Shown here: piece by piece, positions 18,374 to 27,501 of the stretch
How positions within the stretch are numbered: position 1 is the stretch's first letter
Layout of the letters: the number at the start of each line of letters is the position of its first letter
DNA from: Candidatus Omnitrophota bacterium
GTDB lineage: Bacteria; Omnitrophota; Gorgyraeia; JAHIPI01
Reading direction: 5' to 3'
DNA length: 64,000 nt
Assembly: GCA_016783745.1 (NCBI GenBank)
Contig: JADHVZ010000005.1
Coordinates: 1,178-65,177 of the forward strand
The notes under the pieces: model-generated
What the model saw: the letters and a program-made list of their open reading frames with translations, nothing else
Databases searched by the model: none
Told to the model about the DNA's origin: nothing
Program-made: the position numbers and the translations under genes

Positions 18374-21259
18374 CTACCACTTCGAAAAAGGCATTTGCCA
18401 GGCCTTCTTTAACTCGTCTATATCCGCATCTATCACTGTGCTGCCGGAACCCCCCTTTACTTTGAAATCCTTGCCATCTGTCACTCTGCCTATAAGAGCG
18501 GTATCCGTGCCCTTCAGCAGAGCCTCAAACTCGCTCCTTTTGTCTGCGTCTACTTCGACTACAAACCGGCTATTTGACTCAGAGAACAATATCACATCGT
18601 CGCGACTGTCACTTCCCTTGAACGGGACAGCCTTAAGGTCGATCTCCATGCCCAATCCGCCGCTGAAGGCCATTTCCGCGGCAGCCACCGCAAGGCCTCC
18701 TTCAGAGCAATCGTGGATAGCCATGACCAGGCCTTTTTCATTCGCTTCGCTTAATCTATTCATCAATGATCTTGCTTTATCTACATCCACCTCGGGTACA
18801 TTATTGCCGATAAGGCCGTTTATCATCATATAGTGAGAACCACCAAGCTCATCTTTTGTAAGGCCTGCGATGTAGACCGGATCTCCGGATCTTTTGGCGT
18901 CCATACTGACGGCGCGGTTTACGTCTTTCATGACCGATATAGCCGATATTAAAAGCGTGGGTGGTATAGATATGGTCTCGCCGCCCACGTTATATTCATT
19001 ATTAAGGCTGTCTTTCCCTGAGATAAAAGGAACACCGAAACCCTTTGCTATGTCATAACACGCCAGCGCCGCGCGCACCAGTGAACCCAGCCTGTCCGGC
19101 TTGTCGGTATTTCCCCAGCAGAAATTATCGAGTATAGCCACTCTTGAGAGGTCTCCTCCGCAAGATATTATCTGCCTCAGGGCCTCATCAATAGCCGAAG
19201 CGGCCATCCAATACGGGTCTATCAATCCGTACTTAGGATTTATTCCGCAGGAAAGAATAATACCTCTGTCGGAATCGAGCACAGGCCTGAAAATGCAGCC
19301 GTCGCCAGGGCCGTCATTAGCGCTTCCCTGCAGGGGCTTTAACACGTTCCCCCCTTGGACTTCGTGGTCGTACTGGCGGATCACCCATTCCTTGCTGCAT
19401 ACATTCCAGCTTGAAAGTATCTTTTTCAAGTGCGGTGTCAAGTCAGACGGACTCTCAAAGTCCATATCTTTGTGTTTCGGTCTTTTCCATACGGCTTTTC
19501 TTTTTACATCAGGGAGGCCGTTATGAAGAAATTCCATGTCAATATCAGCCACTTTCTCACCCTTGTAAAAAAGCCGGAGTTTTTTATCCGTAGTAAATGT
19601 ACCTATGACTGTAGCCTCCACGCTTTCGGTGGCAAATATTTGTTGTATCTCACCGATATTCTCCGGCGGAACGGCAAGAACCATTCTTTCCTGAGCCTCT
19701 GATATCCATATCTCACTATATGAAAGCCCGTGATATTTTAGCGGCACCTTCTCCAGATGCACTTCCACTCCGGTCTCTTCACCCAACTCTCCGACAGCTC
19801 CGGAAAGCCCTCCTGCCCCGCAATCTGTTATCGAGCTGTACAGATTCTTATCCCGCGCCTTTAAAAGAGCATCGGTCACTTTTTTCTCGGTAATAGGATT
19901 GCCTATCTGAACGGCCTGGCCCGAGATCTCTTCCGACTCGGTATGAAGTTCTCCGGAAGAAAACGTCGCCCCGTGTATTCCGTCGCGTCCGGTGCGGCCA
20001 CCCACCAATAAGATAAGGTCGCCCTCATTTACTTTCTTTGTAGCCATATTTTTTGGGATAAGGCCTACATTCCCGCAATATACAAGAGGATTGCCGATGT
20101 ATCTCTCATCGAAAAGGACCGCGCCGTTTGAAGTAGGAATACCCATCCTGTTTCCGTAGTCTCTTACTCCGGCTACTACACCCTTCATCACCCTCTTTGG
20201 ATGCAGGGTACCCTTCGGCAATTTATCAAAAGAATAGTCCGGAGGCCCAAAGCAGAAAATGTCCGTATTCACGATGGGCTTAGCGCCCAACCCTGTCCCC
20301 AGCGAGTCCCTTATTACTCCGCCGATACCTGTTCCGGCCCCTCCGTACGGCTCTATCGCGGACGGGTGGTTATGTGATTCCACCTTGAAGCAAACATCGT
20401 AGTCTTTATCGAATCTTATTATTCCTGAATTGTCTTTGAATACGGAAACACACCAATCCCTCGCCAGCTCATCCGTTACCTTCATCACTGTCTCTTTGAG
20501 GAGATTATCTATGAGCCTGCCTTCGTATTCCACTTTCCCCCTAAAGGTCTTATGCTTACAGTGTTCTGACCACGTCTGCGCGATAGCCTCAAGCTCCACG
20601 TCGACAGGGTCACGGCCCAGCTTTTTAAAATAATTCTGTATGGTAAGCATCTCGGCAAGGTTCAGAAATAATTGCCCATCATCGCTTATTCTTATGAGGC
20701 CTTCTTCGTCCTTATCGAGTATCTTTACAGTGACATGCTTAAATTGATAGGAAGGATTTTCGGTTTGTGATTCTGAGAACGCGCCTTTTACGATATGCTG
20801 TATGGTTTTGTTGCAAAGTAATTTCTCTGATATGGTATTCAGCTTCTCAGGGGTCAGAGCGCCTTTAATTATATATTTCTTAGCGGTGCGGACATTTTCC
20901 ACGCCCTCGAGGCCAAGATCCCTTATGCCCTTCATGGTGCTTTCATCGACCGGATCCATTACCCCTGGATTATAGGCGACCTCTATGACATGCAGATCCC
21001 TTGACTCTCTTCTCTCAGGATTTATATGATAGCCTTGAGTAACTTTATCGATCAGCAGTTCCTGGGATATTAATCGAGCGTCACTTTCGCTTAATCGGCC
21101 GCTGATCCGGTATATCTGATAGAAGTCGACTCCGCGGGCGCCGGTTATACCGAAATCGGTTATGCCCTTTTTTATTTCTTCTCCGGCAGCGTCAAACACA
21201 CCGTCTTTATTAAATACTTCGACTGTCCACATTTTATGATCGGCTTTATTCCCACTCAA
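18374..21259 (-). CDS. purL: phosphoribosylformylglycinamidine synthase PurL with N-terminal PurS-like domain(s)
   Basis: 961 aa. The N-terminal ~170 aa resemble two PurS-like units. The remainder has an AIR-synthase-related fold typical of PurL (DSLGTGLGAKPI, GGRTGRDGIHGATFSS). Confidence 0.85.
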   Translation of the reverse strand: MSGNKADHKMWTVEVFNKDGVFDAAGEEIKKGITDFGITGARGVDFYQIYRISGRLSESDARLISQELLIDKVTQGYHINPERRESRDLHVIEVAYNPGVMDPVDESTMKGIRDLGLEGVENVRTAKKYIIKGALTPEKLNTISEKLLCNKTIQHIVKGAFSESQTENPSYQFKHVTVKILDKDEEGLIRISDDGQLFLNLAEMLTIQNYFKKLGRDPVDVELEAIAQTWSEHCKHKTFRGKVEYEGRLIDNLLKETVMKVTDELARDWCVSVFKDNSGIIRFDKDYDVCFKVESHNHPSAIEPYGGAGTGIGGVIRDSLGTGLGAKPIVNTDIFCFGPPDYSFDKLPKGTLHPKRVMKGVVAGVRDYGNRMGIPTSNGAVLFDERYIGNPLVYCGNVGLIPKNMATKKVNEGDLILLVGGRTGRDGIHGATFSSGELHTESEEISGQAVQIGNPITEKKVTDALLKARDKNLYSSITDCGAGGLSGAVGELGEETGVEVHLEKVPLKYHGLSYSEIWISEAQERMVLAVPPENIGEIQQIFATESVEATVIGTFTTDKKLRLFYKGEKVADIDMEFLHNGLPDVKRKAVWKRPKHKDMDFESPSDLTPHLKKILSSWNVCSKEWVIRQYDHEVQGGNVLKPLQGSANDGPGDGCIFRPVLDSDRGIILSCGINPKYGLIDPYWMAASAIDEALRQIISCGGDLSRVAILDNFCWGNTDKPDRLGSLVRAALACYDIAKGFGVPFISGKDSLNNEYNVGGETISIPPTLLISAISVMKDVNRAVSMDAKRSGDPVYIAGLTKDELGGSHYMMINGLIGNNVPEVDVDKARSLMNRLSEANEKGLVMAIHDCSEGGLAVAAAEMAFSGGLGMEIDLKAVPFKGSDSRDDVILFSESNSRFVVEVDADKRSEFEALLKGTDTALIGRVTDGKDFKVKGGSGSTVIDADIDELKKAWQMPFSKW

Positions 21260-22784
21260 TAGTGCTTGGCGGCTTAGTGCTTATATCGTAAACAACTCTA
21301 TTTACGCCCTTTACTTCGTTGATAATATTGCTGGATATCTCCGCAAGGACTTCATGCGAAAGCCTGGCCCAATCCGCGGTCATGCCATCCATGCTGGTCA
21401 CAGCCCTTATCGCGATGACATTTTCGTACGTTCGTTTATCACCCATAACACCTACTGTCTTCACAGGAAGGAGAATGCCGAAGGATTGCCATAATTTATT
21501 ATAAAGCCCGGACATCTTTATCACATCCATCAGCCTGAAATCCGCTTCTTTAAGAATACGGAGCCTTTCTTCCGTGACTTCACCTATAATTCTAACAGCG
21601 AGCCCCGGCCCCGGAAACGGCTGGCGCCATAATGCGCTGTAAGGCATTTTCAACTCTTTGCCGAGTGAGCGGACTTCGTCCTTAAAAAGATATTTCAGGG
21701 GCTCTATCAGCTTCAGACGCATTTTCTTAGGAAGCCCGCCGACATTATGGTGTGTTTTTATTGTAGCGCTCGGGCCGCCGAATGCGGACTGAGATTCGAT
21801 GAGGTCGGGGTAAAGCGTGCCTTGCGCCAAAAATTTTACGCCCCGGATCCTTTTGGATTCCCTCTCAAAAACCTTAATAAACTCATTCCCTATGATCTTC
21901 CTCTTTTTTTCGGGACCCGCTACACCCTTCAATCTCTTCAGGAAGGCCTTTTTCGCGTCCACCACTTTAAGGTTCAGATGAAAATTATCCTTAAAAAGTT
22001 TCTTTACGCGGCCGGCTTCATCTTTCCGCAGAAGCCCGTTATCCACGAATATGCAATACAGCCTTTTGCCGATCGCTTTATCGATGAGGACTGCCGTAAC
22101 AGAAGAATCCACTCCTCCGCTCAGGCCAAGAACCACCTTACCGCCTCCCACCTCTTCTTTTATAGCTTTGACTGATTCGTTTATGAATGAACGCATAGTC
22201 CATGATGATCGACAGCCGCAGACTTCCTTAACAAAGTTTTTTATAATGGTATTTCCTCTTTCCGTATGGACTACTTCCGGGTGAAATTGTACGCCGTAAA
22301 AACCGCGTGATGCGTCCGCCATTGCCGCATTCGCGGTATTTGCGGTATGCGCCGTTGTTTTAAATCCTTCCGGAAGCCGCTTTATATGATCGCCATGGCT
22401 CATCCAGCATCGGATCCTATCAGGCAGTGATTTAAATATGCCGGCCATGGAATCAAGCGTCAAAGCGGCATGTCCGTATTCTCTCTTCTTTGAATGAGTA
22501 ACCTTGCCTCCGAGCGCCTTTGTCATCAATTGCATGCCGTAGCATATGCCCAATACCGGTACGCCTGATGAGAATATTTCTTTGTCTAATCGCGGGGAAT
22601 TCTTCTGGTAAACGCTCGCGGGCCCGCCTGAAAGTATGATCCCATTCGGCTGTGTCGACCTGATAACGGCAAGGCTTCCGCGCGGCGGGATTATCCTGCA
22701 GAATACATTGTTCTCCCTTACCCTGCGGGCTATAAGTTGATTATACTGTGAACCCAGGTCTATTATAATGATACCTTTTTTCAT
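21246..22784 (-). CDS. guaA: GMP synthase (glutamine-hydrolysing)
   Basis: N-terminal GATase (GICYGMQ), ATP-PPase SGGVDSSV P-loop, and C-terminal dimerisation domain ending ...STIEWE. Confidence 0.9.
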   Translation of the reverse strand: MKKGIIIIDLGSQYNQLIARRVRENNVFCRIIPPRGSLAVIRSTQPNGIILSGGPASVYQKNSPRLDKEIFSSGVPVLGICYGMQLMTKALGGKVTHSKKREYGHAALTLDSMAGIFKSLPDRIRCWMSHGDHIKRLPEGFKTTAHTANTANAAMADASRGFYGVQFHPEVVHTERGNTIIKNFVKEVCGCRSSWTMRSFINESVKAIKEEVGGGKVVLGLSGGVDSSVTAVLIDKAIGKRLYCIFVDNGLLRKDEAGRVKKLFKDNFHLNLKVVDAKKAFLKRLKGVAGPEKKRKIIGNEFIKVFERESKRIRGVKFLAQGTLYPDLIESQSAFGGPSATIKTHHNVGGLPKKMRLKLIEPLKYLFKDEVRSLGKELKMPYSALWRQPFPGPGLAVRIIGEVTEERLRILKEADFRLMDVIKMSGLYNKLWQSFGILLPVKTVGVMGDKRTYENVIAIRAVTSMDGMTADWARLSHEVLAEISSNIINEVKGVNRVVYDISTKPPSTIEWE

Positions 22785-22835
22785 AATATCCTAATTAAGG
22801 CCTGATTATATCAAAGATATTTTATAATATCAAGA

Positions 22836-23774
22836 TTATATTTGGAGTAGTGTGATGAATAGGGGGACGGTAATAATGCTCGAGATATGTGTGGCGAAAA
22901 CGCCCGCTGCCGCAAGCTGGCTGTCACCGCCGAATCTGCTGATAAAAATGGGCGTAGTCGACGCGGACGGCATCGCGGATTGCAGAACTATGATGGCTCG
23001 CGCAAGCGGCGAAAGGAAGCCGCATAAGCCCGTGATCAAGAGTGCCAGGCCCGGAACCAGTATCAGCCTGCATAATACGATAAGTAAAATAGGATTTTTG
23101 TAAGCTTTAAGGTTCCCCACTTTGCCTTTAGACATCATAGAACCGACGACAAGCAGGGCTAGGGGTATTGTGGCAGAACCCATTATTTTTGCCGCGTCTA
23201 ACATAAAAAGGGGCAGTCTTATCGCGGTAAAACCTACGATTATACCGCCTAAAAGTCCGATAGTCCCGCTGTTTATAAGATTCCTCAACGGAGAAGCGCC
23301 TTTTTTATCAGTAGCAGCGCTGCCATTCCTCAGCGTCCACACCCCCAGAGTCCAGTACAGAAGGTTAAATCCTACATTAAAAAAGACTACTCTCATGACG
23401 CCGTCAGTTCCGTAAAGCGCGTTGGCTATCGGAATGGCAAGAAAGCCGCAATTGGTAAAAGTAGCCAGGTAGATAAACGTCGCCTTGCCCGGGCGATCCA
23501 GCCGTGTAAACCGGGAGAGATATTTTGCCAGCAAATATCCCGCGGCCACCATGCCAACGGCGAAAACAGGCAGGACCCATACGCTCCTAAGCAATTCCCG
23601 GGTAAAATTAGTGGCAAGTGAATGGAAATACAAGAAAGGCAGCGCTATGACTAATACAATTTTTGCCAGAGCCCTGGTAGAGTCCCCGTCCAATAACTTC
23701 TTATTCCGGGCAAGCGCTCCTATGGCAAGCACTATGAATAAAACGCTGATTTTAGATAAGACTTCTATAAACAT
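22836..23774 (-). CDS. AEC (auxin-efflux-carrier) family membrane transporter
   Basis: 312 aa with about 10 TM segments. Two-repeat architecture typical of the AEC/malate permease family. Confidence 0.6.
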   Translation of the reverse strand: MFIEVLSKISVLFIVLAIGALARNKKLLDGDSTRALAKIVLVIALPFLYFHSLATNFTRELLRSVWVLPVFAVGMVAAGYLLAKYLSRFTRLDRPGKATFIYLATFTNCGFLAIPIANALYGTDGVMRVVFFNVGFNLLYWTLGVWTLRNGSAATDKKGASPLRNLINSGTIGLLGGIIVGFTAIRLPLFMLDAAKIMGSATIPLALLVVGSMMSKGKVGNLKAYKNPILLIVLCRLILVPGLALLITGLCGFLSPLARAIIVLQSAMPSASTTPIFISRFGGDSQLAAAGVFATHISSIITVPLFITLLQI

Positions 23775-23789
23775 CGCCGCATTTGAGGT

Positions 23790-23830
23790 TTAAAAAAGGG
23801 GACAGCTCCCGAACAGGCGCTGTCCTCCTA
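23790..23830 (-). terminator. Rho-independent terminator (for the 75-aa gene)
   Basis: On the - strand: aggaggacagc-gcctgttcggga-gctgtcccct followed by tttttt. Confidence 0.5.
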
Positions 23831-23851
23831 GTGATAAAAAAATTAAGGATC

Positions 23852-24079
23852 CTACCTACTCATCTCTTCGGCTTTTCTCTTCTCCCTCAGGCTCACTTTG
23901 AAGCTGCCATCTTCCTCGTCAACGACAATATGGCCTTCCCTGGATAGCCACCCAACGCTCATAAGTATAAGATATTCAGGCCTGTCCAGCTTGATAACGA
24001 TATTTTTTAAGCTCATTATGTCATTGGCTTCCAATAGCTGCCATATCTCGCCTGCAACTATCCCGATCCGAGTTATCAT
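23852..24079 (-). CDS. small hypothetical protein
   Basis: 75-aa ORF followed by a terminator. No motif recognised. Confidence 0.35.
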   Translation of the reverse strand: MITRIGIVAGEIWQLLEANDIMSLKNIVIKLDRPEYLILMSVGWLSREGHIVVDEEDGSFKVSLREKRKAEEMSR

Positions 24080-24179
24080 ATTGACCCCCTATGCCTTAAA
24101 TATATCATAAAAAAGGAGTATTGTCAAGAAAACTATGGCTTAAACCCGCCTTGAAGCCCCGGACGGCAATTATGCGGTT

Positions 24180-27100
24180 TTATGCCAATTCAACATTGAT
24201 TTTGTCGTAGAAACCGTCTCTTATTTTGACTGCATAGGGAGATGGCACCTTCCCCCCATTCAATTTAACGTCAGATCGGCCTTTTTTCCGCAAAATCACA
24301 CTGACCGGCGCTACACCATTTCTTCCGAACGTATTGCGCCGTTTAGGGTTACGATAAATAAGCGGAGTTTTTCCAAGGAGGCAACATGTGTAAGTATTTT
24401 TAGCCAGTATAAGCTTTTTTTTGGCCCAATCCCCGGCATGCAATTCTGTAATGCTCTCTTCCTGCGTAAAAAGCCATCCCGGGATAGTCGGATCCGGTTC
24501 GAAACACAGGCGTCCATCGGCATCAAGCTTAAATGGATCCTTACCAAGGGCCATTAGCAGCCAAATGGTCAAATATTCCGTTGTTGTACCCGTGAGCCTC
24601 GCGACAAAGCCATTACCATGAATGGAGCTGGCGGGGTATGAGCTGCTTGCTATAAACGAGGAATTTTCCAATATACTTCGACCGTAACGGGCCGGATCTT
24701 GAAATGCCACAAGACAGTTTTTAAAATCTACGAAAAATTCATCAAAAAGCCCGCTTTTCAGGACCTCTAATAGGTATTTATACTCCATATGAAGCCAGAC
24801 AGACTCATTTTCCAGCCAGCCGGGAGTAAAGATAGCGGAACGGCCGATCTCAAGAGGCATCCCCTTAAGTGACTCATTCATCTTGTACATCTTCAGTTTA
24901 TGGTCAAACATATCGCTTTTTCGGACGGCGTTGTACAATGATCTCGCTTCATCCTTTTTCATGACTCTCATTGCATGCACCGGCCCTTCCAGGAATAATG
25001 AAAGCGGCTTATGGCTGAATGACAATGCCTTGACCGTAGCTTGACCTTCCTTATTGAGTTTTTTCTTTCCTCCTTCACGGATAAAGCCGAACTGTTTGAC
25101 TTCATTTATGTAATAGGAATAAGTCATCCCGTCCTTTTTGCTGAAACCCTTCTTGAGGCCTTTTTTCAGCTTGAGAAGGAATCTATCCAGGATCCTTTCG
25201 AGATCACCTGCCGAGACCGCCTTTTCCCGTCCGCTAAACCCCGGCCAGACTTCCTTTCTATATTTTTCTTTTCTAGTCTGCGAATATTCCCAGTAAAGGA
25301 AATCGCCTCTTTTCGATCCCGCAGTAAGGTTTTTATTCACCGATTTTTCCAGGTCTGTTAGAAAGCCGTACAATTCGTACGGCAAACTCAGCTTGTGAGT
25401 TTTATTCACTTTTAACTTTTCCATGGAAGACCTTACAAATAAGATCATCCTCTTGATCTCGAATACCTCGCATAGAGACGATCCCAATATTCCGGGCAGG
25501 CCATTGAGGCCGTCACACCATCCGGGCTTTCCCGCCTCCATCTCTATTCCGACGCCAAACGGATCCAGGGAAGCCATTTTATTGGCGATGATACAGATAA
25601 GTTTTGTCAAAAGATCCGTTTTATAGACCTTGCCCTTTCCGAAATCCGTCCTGACTTTGTACTTCTCTCTGTCCCGCGCTTCTATGATATTTTTCTTGGC
25701 CTCGTCTTCGATCACAGCGCCGGATTGCCTTACCTTGCCGTTTATATATACATATTTCTCGTCTCTGGGCATAACCCGAAGGTAGGTATCATAAAATGTG
25801 AAATCCCTCCTGCCTAAAAGTAAAGCCCTTAATTTATCGGGATAACACGCCAGGTAGTTTTCAAGCAAGTCTATATTATAGGTCCAGTGATCCACCCAAT
25901 ATCCTTCTCCGGGCGAGATCACTTCCTCTTTCACGCTTAAAGTGAGTACCCGCGCTAAAAGCCCATCCCTTTTGTTTTTTGGCAGGATACCTTCCTTCTC
26001 CAGAAGAAACATAAGGCTGCCCGGCGTAAAAGAAGTAAGCAAGAGACCTTTGACCTTTTCTCTGCCTGAGGCGTACTTTACATATTTTCTTAAGACCTTA
26101 TTCAATGCCGCGCTGTTTTTCACTGTGAGCTTTATGCCCTGGATACGGTGCGGATTGAACCCGTCAGGCTGTATGGCGTCCACAAATGTACGTATATTCT
26201 CGTCTTTTACATCGGGATTCAAAAGTGCGTCATTGCGTCTATTCTGATTCATATCCCGGTAAGCGCCGTTTCCCTGTGAATAATAGGCCGGCTGCAAAAG
26301 AAACGCGTTATAATCCCTCTCCAGGTCTCCGTGTTTACGCGCGTAGGCGTAATATACAAAAGGTCCTCTGGGTGTATCAAGCGAGATCGGCACACCCCCC
26401 CTTAGCAGATTATCCAGATAGGTTTGGCGTGTATAGAAATCGAACTCCTCACTTGAACTCTTAGTGAATATTCTTCCCTCAAGCCGCTTTATAATCTCTT
26501 CGTTTTCCAATAACTTTTCTTCAAAATAATCGGCATTGCCATTGATCTTTCTTCTTATCGCGGACACGGAGCTCACATCACCGGCATTACCTATTAATGA
26601 CACCAGCTTCTTTTTTCCCTCCGCATTAATGCTGAATTTCACATAGGCCATTGCGGAAGGCGTCTTGCCTTCTGTTCTCTGATCCCGCAGCGCGGAGGAA
26701 AACCCGTCTTCTACAAAAACTCTCGGATATGAGATATCACCGTTAGAGCCAAACACAACGTCAGGGTCTACTAATGGCTTTAGCATGACGGCCCTTTTGC
26801 CATCTACCCGGCAGGCCATGTAAAAGTTGCCGCGTTCAATATATTCAAGCTCCGGGGTGTCCTGAGGATCTACCTTTAGATTATAAAATGGCGCGGCATT
26901 TTCGGCATTAAGGACTCTCATCCAGGCCTCGATCGTACGGCTCATATGCTTCTGATGCCATTCCGTCATGCCGAATGTAGCTATGTGAGGAAGCCCGTCC
27001 ACGACTTCCGCTTCGATTTTCTTATTTGATATGTTTTCTATCACTACTCTTCTGGCCAGTCCGGCGAAGGATTCGCCCGGGACTGTGATATAGGTCACTT

Positions 27101-27485
27101 CTATCTTGATGCCTAAACGCTTGTTTATCTCTTCCAGGCGCAGGCTGGACGGGTTTATTATCATTTTTGTCGATATGCCCTTGCCCCCGGCCCTGAAAGG
27201 TTCATAGAAAATAGACCCTGCCCTGACCTTGAGCTTTAGAAAAGTCCTGAAGCCTTTGAGCGGCGTCATATTATAAGCCTGGTTTGCCGGCATAAACTCA
27301 AGTATGGCGCTGTCCTTATTCTCTATCCCGAAACTGGCCATGCACTGTCCTCTGTTTACGTAAAAGGCCCAGAGCGGTATACCGTGTAAGCCCGCTATAC
27401 CCGGGAAGAAGCTTGAAAACGCCTTGGCCCTGTTGTAATCTTCTATTACAAAATCACCGTTTTTTTCGAGTTTATACTTGACCAT
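24180..27485 (-). CDS. large (1101 aa) cytoplasmic hypothetical protein, possibly a glycoside hydrolase/phosphorylase-type enzyme
   Basis: Long uninterrupted ORF with no signal peptide. Context is next to a GH5 gene. No catalytic motif could be recognised by eye, so the function call is weak. Confidence 0.3.
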   Translation of the reverse strand: MVKYKLEKNGDFVIEDYNRAKAFSSFFPGIAGLHGIPLWAFYVNRGQCMASFGIENKDSAILEFMPANQAYNMTPLKGFRTFLKLKVRAGSIFYEPFRAGGKGISTKMIINPSSLRLEEINKRLGIKIEVTYITVPGESFAGLARRVVIENISNKKIEAEVVDGLPHIATFGMTEWHQKHMSRTIEAWMRVLNAENAAPFYNLKVDPQDTPELEYIERGNFYMACRVDGKRAVMLKPLVDPDVVFGSNGDISYPRVFVEDGFSSALRDQRTEGKTPSAMAYVKFSINAEGKKKLVSLIGNAGDVSSVSAIRRKINGNADYFEEKLLENEEIIKRLEGRIFTKSSSEEFDFYTRQTYLDNLLRGGVPISLDTPRGPFVYYAYARKHGDLERDYNAFLLQPAYYSQGNGAYRDMNQNRRNDALLNPDVKDENIRTFVDAIQPDGFNPHRIQGIKLTVKNSAALNKVLRKYVKYASGREKVKGLLLTSFTPGSLMFLLEKEGILPKNKRDGLLARVLTLSVKEEVISPGEGYWVDHWTYNIDLLENYLACYPDKLRALLLGRRDFTFYDTYLRVMPRDEKYVYINGKVRQSGAVIEDEAKKNIIEARDREKYKVRTDFGKGKVYKTDLLTKLICIIANKMASLDPFGVGIEMEAGKPGWCDGLNGLPGILGSSLCEVFEIKRMILFVRSSMEKLKVNKTHKLSLPYELYGFLTDLEKSVNKNLTAGSKRGDFLYWEYSQTRKEKYRKEVWPGFSGREKAVSAGDLERILDRFLLKLKKGLKKGFSKKDGMTYSYYINEVKQFGFIREGGKKKLNKEGQATVKALSFSHKPLSLFLEGPVHAMRVMKKDEARSLYNAVRKSDMFDHKLKMYKMNESLKGMPLEIGRSAIFTPGWLENESVWLHMEYKYLLEVLKSGLFDEFFVDFKNCLVAFQDPARYGRSILENSSFIASSSYPASSIHGNGFVARLTGTTTEYLTIWLLMALGKDPFKLDADGRLCFEPDPTIPGWLFTQEESITELHAGDWAKKKLILAKNTYTCCLLGKTPLIYRNPKRRNTFGRNGVAPVSVILRKKGRSDVKLNGGKVPSPYAVKIRDGFYDKINVELA

Positions 27486-27501
27486 GTCAATCCTTTGCGA
27501 T

